DNA of 64,000 nucleotides from Candidatus Hydrogenedentota bacterium (GTDB lineage Bacteria; Hydrogenedentota; Hydrogenedentia; Hydrogenedentales; CAITNO01): positions 370 through 64,369 of the forward strand of contig JAGPFE010000016.1 of NCBI GenBank assembly GCA_018056705.1. The letters are read 5' to 3'. Of this stretch, positions 11,542 through 19,591 are shown one piece after another (within the stretch, counting starts at the first letter, position 1; every line of letters begins with the position of its first letter). The notes under the pieces are model-generated. The model was not told the origin of the DNA and searched no databases. It worked only from the letters and a program-made list of their open reading frames with translations. Position numbers and translations under genes: made by a program.

Positions 11542-14500
11542 TCACGGGGCGGAAGCCTGCGCGGGCGTGAGATATACCCAGCGGCCGGAGGCCGCCGCCG
11601 GAAGATCGACGCGCAGCACCCGGTTTTCCACGGTCACGGGGAGTTCCGTTCCCCGGCTGCCCGGGATGACCCCTTCAATCCACGCGCGGGCACCGTGGTC
11701 CAGTTCGGGAACGGCGGGCACGCTCACCCGGCCTTCGCCCTTGGCGAATAGGGTCATCACCGCGCCGTTCGGCACCCTGCGCGCGCTGGCGACCGGCGCC
11801 CACGACACGAAGGACATTTTGCGATCGGCGAAGACGGTTTCCTGTCCGTCCACGGTGATCCGGTCACAGTCACTGCCGGCGAAGGCGATCAGGCGGTTTG
11901 TCTCATCCAGCCGGAACGCCATCGCGTCGATCCCGGAAAAGTCGATGACGTGTCCCGCCGCGTGGAACTGCCGGAGATCCAGCCGGTTCTCGGGCAGGTT
12001 GAGGGCCTGGACGATGGCGTTGTCCTCCTCGGCCTTCCGCGCGAAGCCACCCGGCCAGTTTTCCTTCAGCCGGGCCAGGTGGGGGGCGACGGTTACCGCG
12101 CCGTTCGGGAATCGGCACACCATGTACGGTCCTGTGCGGGACACGAAATCGGGATTGTCGTTGATGCCTTCAAACCGGCCCGTGGGAGGATACGCTCCCA
12201 TCCGGCACAGGATGTCGAACCAGTACCGGGTTTCATAGCCCAGCGACGCGGCCTGATCGTCCCGGGGCCGGAAGCCCAGGAAGGCCACCAGGCCTTTTTC
12301 CGGCACCTGCCGTACCGTGCCGATTACCGTGTTGTCCCGCAGTCGGGCGACAGGCGCCGACCCTTCCCGGGGTGCCACGGGATAGACGCGGTCGACCACG
12401 AAGTCGGTCAGGATGGTCATGGGGGGCAAGCCCTCGAGCGGGCCCTCGAAGGTTATTTCCTGGCCGGGCGCGGGCAGACCTTCGTAGGGTCCCGGCGCGT
12501 ATTCCACGCCGAACAGGTCGCGCCAGGTATCCAGCGCCGGCGATCCATCGTCGCGTAGCAGGGGGGGAGGCCCTGACCACAGGACCCGTCCACCGTGGCG
12601 CGCGAAATCTGAGAGCAGGTCGAGCAAGGCCCGTGATGGGAAAGGCTCAAACTGGACCACGATCGTGCCGAACCGCCGTCCCGCCACGTCCACGAACCCA
12701 TCCATGACCTTGCCCCGTTCCACCAGCTTGGCCGCGGTGATGAGGTTGGCGTAAGCGTACTGGCTCATCCAGCTGCCGAAACGCGCGTCCATGGCTACCA
12801 GGTCCAGGGGATACAGCATCAGCACGTCCGTGTCCCGGTGTTCCATGTCCTGAACCGTCGCGAAAGGCGGCCAGGCACTTGCCCCGAAGGCGTTGACCAG
12901 GGCAGACCGGCGGCGGCTGATTTCGCCGGGCATGCCCCAGTGCGCTCCGTAGGAGTACGGGACGTCGTTCAGGATGCCGGTGGAACAGGCCAGGGCGAGT
13001 CCCACGTAGTTCCGATCGAGCCATCCGCCCTCGGCGTGGTCATTGCCATTACCCGTTAAGAACTCGCCCCACTTGAAATAGTCGTAGCAGGCGGACGCCG
13101 CCTGGTGCACCGTGTTGGACCAGACAAAGTTCGGGGTATATTCATACTTGAACTGGTTTTCCGGTAATCCGAAGGTGTTCCACCGGTCACAGGTTGGACT
13201 TTCCGCCCAGGTGGCATGGGCCCGGGCTTCCAGGCGATACCCGACCCGCGATTCCAGGTAATGCTTTGCTTCGGTGAACAGGTCTACCACCCCATCCTGC
13301 AGCATCCGGTAATAGCGGGCCCGAAACAGCGCCGTCTGGCGGATGGCTTCCGGCGAATCGCCAAACACGTGCGATACGTCTTCCCTGGCGGTCAGGTCGT
13401 TGGACCAGTCTTCCTGGCCCTGGCAGAAATACAGCAGGTACCTGGCGAAATCGGCGTATTCCGCGCCATAGCGCTCCGAGAACTTCCGCGCCAGGCCCGG
13501 ACTGACATATCGCAGGGCAAACTCCCCGTGATCGTGATGGCTGAAGTAGCCCCAGTCCTGTTGAATGTGCATTTCGTCGGAATACAGGCCATGCAGTTTC
13601 ACCCCGGCGTCCACGTAGCGGTCACACAGTCGCTTGAGATAAGGCAGGGCCTGGTCACTGAAGTAGTCCATTTCAGGAACGCGGTACATCTGCACTACCA
13701 GCACCCGGTTCCGGGGTCCCGCCTCGGGATGTCCCGACCCGTACACCCGAACCCGGACCGCTTCATAATCCCCCGAGCGTTGCCGCATTCCTTCCACCGT
13801 TTCCACTTCGACGCCACCGGTCAGTTCCACGATATCCGCCGGGTCGACCACCCGGAAGGACGTTCCCGGAATACGGCGTTCCCGGAAGGCGAACACCCGA
13901 ACTCCGCCATCCGCGATATCCAGCGGGCCCTTGTTGTTGGCCCATCGCGTCTGCCGCCAGAATTCCACGCTGAACCGCCCGGTTTCCGGGTCTCGCGGGC
14001 CTTTTCGATACTGCATCCAGATCCCTGATTCTCCGGTTTCTTCCACGTAACCGGGGCCGATTTCCAGGGGGCTCAACAGGCTGAGTTCCAGGCCAAGCCC
14101 ATACTGGGCGGCAAAGTCGCTGATGCGGGCGATCCGTTCCACGTATTCCGGCTTGTCGGGGGTAAGGCGTCGGGGCTTGCCGTGTTGTCCCGGGCGGTAT
14201 TGCGAGAAGAAATGGTCAAAGGCAAGGATGAGGGTATGGTGTCCCGCGGCCTGGGCCTGCTCACAGACTTCGCGCAGGCTCTGTTCCCGTTTCTCGAAGG
14301 TCAGGCTGAGATCCACCCGCGCGTCCGGGTCCGACAGCGCCTCCAGTTGTTCATCCGAGACCAGGATAATGTGGGGCTTGTGCAGCATGAAAGACCAGGG
14401 GGGCGGAAAGTTGACCAGTTCACCAGGCCAGACCAGGTGAGGCGGGGAAGCCGGCACTTCCTGGGACTGGGCCGCGATCGGTAGAACGGGGATTGTCACG

Positions 14501-14559
14501 ATACCCAGCAGGATGATGAAGGGTAAGATCCGGCAGAAACGTTCGCGCGTGTGGCACAT
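11542..14559 (-). CDS. large secreted protein of unknown function (1005 aa), possibly carbohydrate-active
   Basis: Uninterrupted 3-kb ORF with an N-terminal signal peptide (ILPFIILLGIVTIPVLPIAAQSQE) and GGAGGA RBS. I recognise no family. Confidence 0.6.
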   Translation of the reverse strand: MCHTRERFCRILPFIILLGIVTIPVLPIAAQSQEVPASPPHLVWPGELVNFPPPWSFMLHKPHIILVSDEQLEALSDPDARVDLSLTFEKREQSLREVCEQAQAAGHHTLILAFDHFFSQYRPGQHGKPRRLTPDKPEYVERIARISDFAAQYGLGLELSLLSPLEIGPGYVEETGESGIWMQYRKGPRDPETGRFSVEFWRQTRWANNKGPLDIADGGVRVFAFRERRIPGTSFRVVDPADIVELTGGVEVETVEGMRQRSGDYEAVRVRVYGSGHPEAGPRNRVLVVQMYRVPEMDYFSDQALPYLKRLCDRYVDAGVKLHGLYSDEMHIQQDWGYFSHHDHGEFALRYVSPGLARKFSERYGAEYADFARYLLYFCQGQEDWSNDLTAREDVSHVFGDSPEAIRQTALFRARYYRMLQDGVVDLFTEAKHYLESRVGYRLEARAHATWAESPTCDRWNTFGLPENQFKYEYTPNFVWSNTVHQAASACYDYFKWGEFLTGNGNDHAEGGWLDRNYVGLALACSTGILNDVPYSYGAHWGMPGEISRRRSALVNAFGASAWPPFATVQDMEHRDTDVLMLYPLDLVAMDARFGSWMSQYAYANLITAAKLVERGKVMDGFVDVAGRRFGTIVVQFEPFPSRALLDLLSDFARHGGRVLWSGPPPLLRDDGSPALDTWRDLFGVEYAPGPYEGLPAPGQEITFEGPLEGLPPMTILTDFVVDRVYPVAPREGSAPVARLRDNTVIGTVRQVPEKGLVAFLGFRPRDDQAASLGYETRYWFDILCRMGAYPPTGRFEGINDNPDFVSRTGPYMVCRFPNGAVTVAPHLARLKENWPGGFARKAEEDNAIVQALNLPENRLDLRQFHAAGHVIDFSGIDAMAFRLDETNRLIAFAGSDCDRITVDGQETVFADRKMSFVSWAPVASARRVPNGAVMTLFAKGEGRVSVPAVPELDHGARAWIEGVIPGSRGTELPVTVENRVLRVDLPAAASGRWVYLTPAQASAP

Positions 14560-14670
14560 GATGAATCCTCCAACGGGATGGTTTGCACCCCGGAACGTTA
14601 CTCAGACCATCTCCCGTTCGACCGCGTTTCCATTCCGCTTGGATGCGGGCCAGGAGTTTCGCGGATTCGT

Positions 14671-14913
14671 CTAGCGTCCCGCGATCAGCATGCGGATCAG
14701 CCAGAGCACCATCAGCAGGGCAGGGAAAGACCAGTCCATCGCGCCGCCCATGTCAGGCATCATCCGCCGCACCTGCCGCAGGGCGGGGTCCGTGCCGACG
14801 CGGATCCAGTTCCACGCGCGGGCGCGCAGGTCCAGCCGGATCCACGGTGCCGCCCAGCGGGCCAGCACCATGAGCATGTAGAAAGAGATCAACCCATACG
14901 CGATCGAATTCAT
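14671..14913 (-). CDS. YggT family small membrane protein
   Basis: 80 aa. Matches the YggT/Ycf19 pattern: a hydrophobic N-terminus, then W..P...LDxRA...W..V.TDP.L.P.RR..P, then DxS and a second TM helix. Confidence 0.65.
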   Translation of the reverse strand: MNSIAYGLISFYMLMVLARWAAPWIRLDLRARAWNWIRVGTDPALRQVRRMMPDMGGAMDWSFPALLMVLWLIRMLIAGR

Positions 14914-15030
14914 GGGATGGTTCCCGAGAAAACTATATCCAAGGCGCCCGGGCGCAGTTCAATTTCTTTCGGATGGGCGCGTGAAAGGCGTGCGGAAGGC
15001 AACGCGGGGTAATGTCAGTACTGGGCCCCA

Positions 15031-15063
15031 TGTCATTTCGACGAACGCAGTGAGGAGAAATCT
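15031..15063 (+). repeat. dispersed intergenic repeat, 33-bp form A (TGTCATTTCGACGAACGCAGTGAGGAGAAATCT)
   Basis: One of five copies in the window (with 15087-15113, 24555-24587, 51794-51826, 51995-52021). Confidence 0.7.
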
Positions 15064-15086
15064 TGTGCGCTTCTTGATCCGGGTTA

Positions 15087-15113
15087 AGATTTCTCGCTTC
15101 GCTCGAAATGACA
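15087..15113 (-). repeat. dispersed intergenic repeat, 27-bp form B, inverted partner of 15031-15063
   Basis: AGATTTCTCGCTTCGCTCGAAATGACA. Its termini GTCATTTCGA and GAGAAATCT are exact inverted matches to the upstream copy 23 bp away, giving a MITE/REP-like hairpin. Confidence 0.7.
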
Positions 15114-15181
15114 ACCGTAAAACCGACCACTTAAACTTGAATCCAGGCTGGATTTTCGCAGAAAAGAAAAAAATAAAATAC

Positions 15182-15210
15182 TTGTCAAGAAATTACTTCC
15201 GTGTTACAAT
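15182..15210 (+). promoter_or_regulatory. near-consensus sigma70 promoter (TTGTCA-17-TACAAT) upstream of the fapA-like gene
   Basis: TTGTCA 15182-15187, 17-nt spacer, TACAAT 15205-15210, inside an AT-rich island of a 65%-GC genome. ~70 nt upstream of start 15278. Confidence 0.45.
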
Positions 15211-15277
15211 TTACATGGCGTTCTGGGGGTGATGGCGGAACCAGCAACCTGAGTCGGAAAGGAAAGAAAGGAGTCTA

Positions 15278-16690
15278 TTGGCGGGTAATCAGCCAACAGG
15301 TGGCCCGGTTCTGACGGTACGGTTGTCTGACAACCGCGCGCGGGTGCTGGTGGATTGCTCCGCCCGCAAGGGTGAGGAGGAGACGCTGGTACTCCAGCTT
15401 CGGGAGGAGTTGGTGCGCCTCGGCCTGGGGGACACGGCATCCGAGGAAGCGGCTACCACCGCGTTCCGGGAAGCCCTGTCCCGGGTGGAAGGCACGCGGA
15501 TCTCCCTGGAATCGGTGACCGTATTGCGAGGAGAGGAACCCACGGATCCCGTGGATGCCCATCTCGAATGGACGGACAATTTTTTCGACCAGTCTTTCGT
15601 GGTGGATGAGGCCACCGGCCAGATCAATTACCGGGAGCGGGCGGGTAAACTGTCCGTCGTCACGGGGCAGAAACTGGCGGAGTTGGTGCCCGCCGTGGAG
15701 GGGACGCCGGGCCGGGACGTCTACAACAAGCCGATTCCTCCCCGAAAACCGAAAACGCTGAATCTGCGCCTGGGTCCCGGTGTCCAGTTCGATGAGACCA
15801 CCCGGACCTACACGGCGACCACGTCGGGCAGATTACGTTACAGCGGAGGGATCCTGGCCGTCGATAACGTGCTGGTGATCGACACGGTAGACCTGGCCTC
15901 CGGAAATATTCATCATCCCGGCATGCTCTCGGTCATGCAGAATATCGAGAGCGGTTGCGTGGTCGAAACGGAAGGGGATATCGAGGTCAGCGGCTACGTG
16001 GAAAATTCGGAGATTCGCTGCGGTGGCACCTTGTCCGTGCGCGGCGGGATCATCGGTGGTTGTAAGGTCCGGGCCAATGGCGATGTGCACGCGCGGTTTC
16101 TGCAGCAGGTCGAGGTCCGGGCCCTGGGTTCGGTGGTAGTCGAGCGGGAAATCGCGAACGCCCGGGTGTGGGCGCGGGGCAAGGTGAACGTGTTGCGCGG
16201 CAGAATCGTTGGAGGGGAAGTGACCGGCCACGGCGGCGTCTACATGGACCAGGCCGGCAGTGACGCGGCGGTCCTGACCGATATCATCGCCGGAGAGGAC
16301 TTTTACTGGAAGGAACAGAGCGATCCATTACACCGCGAAGCCAGGGAACTGGAAGATACCCTGGAACGGATCATGGAAAAACTGGATCCATTCCTGCACA
16401 AGGGTGTGCGGGTTCCCGATGCCGCCAAGACGGCGGTGAAACAACTCTTAGAAAAAACCGGACAGATCAAGGAACGACTCAGGGAAATCGAACAGACCCT
16501 TGAGATGCTCTGGGAAGAATCCCAGGCCATCCGGGTCAACGAGATCATCGCGCGGGTCAAAATTTGCCCCAATGCCCGGTTCCGGGTACTCGGGCTGACC
16601 CTGCGCGCTACCGAAGAGGTCCCCGGGCCGGTGAAGGTCGGTATCGCGGAAGGGGATATTCACTTCATCGAGACCAAGCTCAAGCGGTAG
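15278..16690 (+). CDS. FapA family protein (DUF342, flagellar assembly protein A-like)
   Basis: Central beta-helix-like repeats (GDIEVSGYVENSEIRCGGTLSVRGGIIGGCKVRANGDVH...) and a C-terminal coiled-coil region, as in DUF342/FapA. Confidence 0.65.
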   Translation: MAGNQPTGGPVLTVRLSDNRARVLVDCSARKGEEETLVLQLREELVRLGLGDTASEEAATTAFREALSRVEGTRISLESVTVLRGEEPTDPVDAHLEWTDNFFDQSFVVDEATGQINYRERAGKLSVVTGQKLAELVPAVEGTPGRDVYNKPIPPRKPKTLNLRLGPGVQFDETTRTYTATTSGRLRYSGGILAVDNVLVIDTVDLASGNIHHPGMLSVMQNIESGCVVETEGDIEVSGYVENSEIRCGGTLSVRGGIIGGCKVRANGDVHARFLQQVEVRALGSVVVEREIANARVWARGKVNVLRGRIVGGEVTGHGGVYMDQAGSDAAVLTDIIAGEDFYWKEQSDPLHREARELEDTLERIMEKLDPFLHKGVRVPDAAKTAVKQLLEKTGQIKERLREIEQTLEMLWEESQAIRVNEIIARVKICPNARFRVLGLTLRATEEVPGPVKVGIAEGDIHFIETKLKR

Positions 16691-17357
16691 CGTCCTGTTC
16701 GCTCGTGGGAGACATGTCCGCCAGGATTTGCTGGGCAAGGTCCCACAGTCGAGGAAATAAGGGACCGGCGGCCTGGTCATGGGGCGCGCGTAAGCGCGTT
16801 TCGGAGAGGCGAGTCAACTGCCTGGCGAAGGGGATCAGTGTCCGGGTTGCCGGGAAACGCAGGTATCGGGGGTTGAGGTCGCCAAGCCGGGTACGGTCCA
16901 GGCCGTCGCAGTCTTTCAGCAGGGCGGTCAGCACGCGGAAAGGGTGACTCCCGGGCACTTCTTTCGGCAGGCAGTGATGTTCCACGGCGAAGAAAATGGC
17001 GTTCCAGTCCTCCTCCCGGACTCCCCCCCTGGACAGCAGGTTCTGTATGGATGGCGATTGAGAGACGCGCTTAACGGCGTTGCGACCATGCTTTTCACAG
17101 TATCCGTCGTGGGTCCGTCCGATGTCGTGCAGCCATGCCGCCGCCCACAGCCGGACGCTTTCCCCCTCGTGGCCGGTCAGGCGGGTCAGCAGAAACCCGT
17201 GGATGATCACCCGGGCCACGTGGAATTCTCCGTGGATGTAACTGGGATGCTGAAACCGGTCAGGGGTCGGCGCGATCTCGTGAAGCGGCAGGGGGATGGG
17301 GTTTTCCAGTACAAGCGGCTGAGAAGGCATGGGCGGTTTCCATGGGTTAGTGGACAA
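16680..17357 (-). CDS. HD-domain phosphohydrolase
   Basis: H..LHDIGR..DG HD motif. 225 aa; the 3' end overlaps fapA by 11 bp (convergent). Confidence 0.55.
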   Translation of the reverse strand: MSTNPWKPPMPSQPLVLENPIPLPLHEIAPTPDRFQHPSYIHGEFHVARVIIHGFLLTRLTGHEGESVRLWAAAWLHDIGRTHDGYCEKHGRNAVKRVSQSPSIQNLLSRGGVREEDWNAIFFAVEHHCLPKEVPGSHPFRVLTALLKDCDGLDRTRLGDLNPRYLRFPATRTLIPFARQLTRLSETRLRAPHDQAAGPLFPRLWDLAQQILADMSPTSEQDATA

Positions 17358-17631
17358 CGGACATTCCCGGGAGCCAGAACGTGAACAGGCCGTACACCGC
17401 CAGCAGGACCAGGAAACCCGCCGCGAAAGTCCAGAGCAGCCGACGGTCTTCCCGGCGGGTGAGGTTCAGGTATCCGCCCCGCAAGCCACCCCAGACGCCG
17501 GCAAGCATCAGGATGGCGCCAATCCCGAATTCGCACAACAGCGGCAGTAATCTCGACAGGTCCACGCACGATCCTTTCCACGCGCAGGGTACAATCATTA
17601 TAACCGGTCGCGTGCCGGGAAAGGAGGTGTC

Positions 17632-19437
17632 ATGCCCAGTTTTCCTCGCTGGTTCCTGGGGATGGGGCTGGTGGTATGCCTGTTCCAGGCCTGGTCCGGA
17701 TCGACGGAATTTCCCTGCGCGCACGGCACGGGGGACGCGCTGTTCGTGCCTGATATGGCCATGGACAAGGCGGCGGACCTGTCCGGAAAGGTCAAGGCGG
17801 TGGAGCCAGTCAATACCGCTGATTATCACGAGGTGGTGGAAGCGGGATCGGGCGTGATCCTGACCTGTTACTTCAAGGACGCGGACGGTTCTGGGTTCAG
17901 AGACGCGTTATCCGGCGCGACGCGGCGGGAACGGCTGTACGACGCGGTGCGTTACATCGCGAGCGTGCTGGCTTCCGGGGAGTCCAGGACCCTGACCATC
18001 GTGGTGAATCCATCGGAAAATTCCGGGGTGTCGGGCATTCCGGTGGCCTATTGCGGTCCCGTGCTGATTCCGTCGGGGGGGATCCTTGTGCCCATGGCCC
18101 GCTATAGCCTGGTTCATGGCGTGGCTCCGGCCGGTTACGAGTCATACCCGGATATGCTGCTGACCGTGAACTGGGCCGCGCCCTGGCATGAGGAAACGTC
18201 TCCCCCGCCAGCCGACCGGCTGGACCTGGTTTCCGTCATGATTCATGAACTGACCCATGGCCTGGGGTTCAACGGGGTGTTAAGTGACACGACCCCCGCG
18301 GGAAGCGGGATATTCACGCCCTTTGATCGACTGATCGGGAAGGTAGATGGAACGCCACTGATCAACAACGCGTCCAGTTACGAGGGTGTCCCGGGCGACC
18401 TGATATCCGGAGCCCTGGTGTTCCTGGGCAGTGAAGCCGCTGCCACCTATGGCGGGTTTCCCCCCTTGTACGCGCCGGATCCATTTCTCCAGGGCACGAG
18501 CCTCCAGCATTGGGATCCCGGCCGGCTGAGCGTCCCGGACGTGGTGATGGCCCCTTCTTACCTCGTGGGTTCCTCCCTGCGGCAGTACGCGGGGTTCGAG
18601 GTTGCCGCCCTGCGCGATCTCGGTTACGCCGCGGAGAACTCAACCGGACTGTCCGCGTGCCCGCTGACAGGCATCACGATACTTGAGCCGAGGGAAAATC
18701 CGGCGATTGTTTCGGGGGATGACGTGGCGATTACCGTGACCGCGCAGCCGGCATACGCGGAAGGTAACTGTTCACTGGTGACCACCGCCACCCGGGTGGC
18801 CTATTACCTGGACGGCGCGCACATAGGGGACTCCACCCAGGACGCCTTGCGGTTTCCGCTCCTGGTCCGGGTGACAGCGGGATCCCACACGTTGCGCGCG
18901 GTGGCCACGGAGCAACTTGCCGGCAGTCTCGCGGAGACGACCACAACCTTCACGGCGTACTACAATCCGGGCGAGGATGCCCTGGCATGGACGCCGGACG
19001 GTTCCGCCATGGATTTCGGAGGGGTGGTTCGGGGTAAAACGGCCCGTCACGCGTTCCAGGTGGTGAACCGGGGGAACGTGCCCGCGGGGGTTCACGTCAC
19101 CATCGAAGGGGACGACGCGTTCACGCTGGAATCGGACCCGCCGAGCCGGGTGGAAGCGGGAGAGACGGTACCCCTGAACGTGACTTTCCGGCCCGCGGCA
19201 GCGGGAAAAACCTACCAGGCCACGCTGCGGGTCGCGGCCGATCACGGCCAGGTCCTGGAAATTTCCCTGGCGGGTCGGGGTCGCGCCTTCAGCCTGTTCC
19301 GCTGTGGCGAGGCAGGGCTGGTTGCCGGGTCTGCTTCCGGAGCTGGCGACGCGGTGATCCTGGTGCTGGCCCTGTTCGTGCTATGGCAGGGCCAGCGGCG
19401 GGGTACCGGGAAGGTAGCGACACGTCCTCACCCATGA
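17632..19437 (+). CDS. secreted zinc metalloprotease (HExxHxxGF zincin, leishmanolysin/M8-like motif)
   Basis: Signal peptide, HELTHGLGFNG zincin motif, C-terminal hydrophobic stretch plus RRG tail. AGGAGG RBS. Confidence 0.6.
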   Translation: MPSFPRWFLGMGLVVCLFQAWSGSTEFPCAHGTGDALFVPDMAMDKAADLSGKVKAVEPVNTADYHEVVEAGSGVILTCYFKDADGSGFRDALSGATRRERLYDAVRYIASVLASGESRTLTIVVNPSENSGVSGIPVAYCGPVLIPSGGILVPMARYSLVHGVAPAGYESYPDMLLTVNWAAPWHEETSPPPADRLDLVSVMIHELTHGLGFNGVLSDTTPAGSGIFTPFDRLIGKVDGTPLINNASSYEGVPGDLISGALVFLGSEAAATYGGFPPLYAPDPFLQGTSLQHWDPGRLSVPDVVMAPSYLVGSSLRQYAGFEVAALRDLGYAAENSTGLSACPLTGITILEPRENPAIVSGDDVAITVTAQPAYAEGNCSLVTTATRVAYYLDGAHIGDSTQDALRFPLLVRVTAGSHTLRAVATEQLAGSLAETTTTFTAYYNPGEDALAWTPDGSAMDFGGVVRGKTARHAFQVVNRGNVPAGVHVTIEGDDAFTLESDPPSRVEAGETVPLNVTFRPAAAGKTYQATLRVAADHGQVLEISLAGRGRAFSLFRCGEAGLVAGSASGAGDAVILVLALFVLWQGQRRGTGKVATRPHP

Positions 19438-19518
19438 GTTGAGCAGGGGAAGGATCAGGTTCGGGCAGGGGTTCCCTTTTTATATTCCGGGGAAGACTGA
19501 TAATTCTGAAAAAAGATA

Positions 19519-19570
19519 TTGCACGGAATGGAAGGCGTCTGTTATCATGTTTACCGGTCAGTAGGTAAAC
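19519..19570 (+). promoter_or_regulatory. putative promoter (TTGCAC-17-TTATCA) with overlapping palindromic operator GTTTACC-N8-GGTAAAC
   Basis: AT-rich island upstream of the acyl-CoA dehydrogenase gene. Perfect 7-bp inverted repeat at 19549-19570, immediately downstream of the putative -10. Confidence 0.35.
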
Positions 19571-19591
19571 GGAGAGCGCGCAACGAAAAGG

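Noticed and set aside
14912-15232. Small ORFs encoding ...ISPHFVRRND... peptides (also at 24470-24658 and 51781-52131)
   Set aside because: The shared peptide is simply the translation of the dispersed 33-bp repeat. The ORFs sit in intergenic AT-rich DNA without RBSs.
16680-17357. HD-GYP cyclic-di-GMP phosphodiesterase
   Set aside because: Only the HD motif is present. There is no GYP motif at the expected spacing and the protein is too short.
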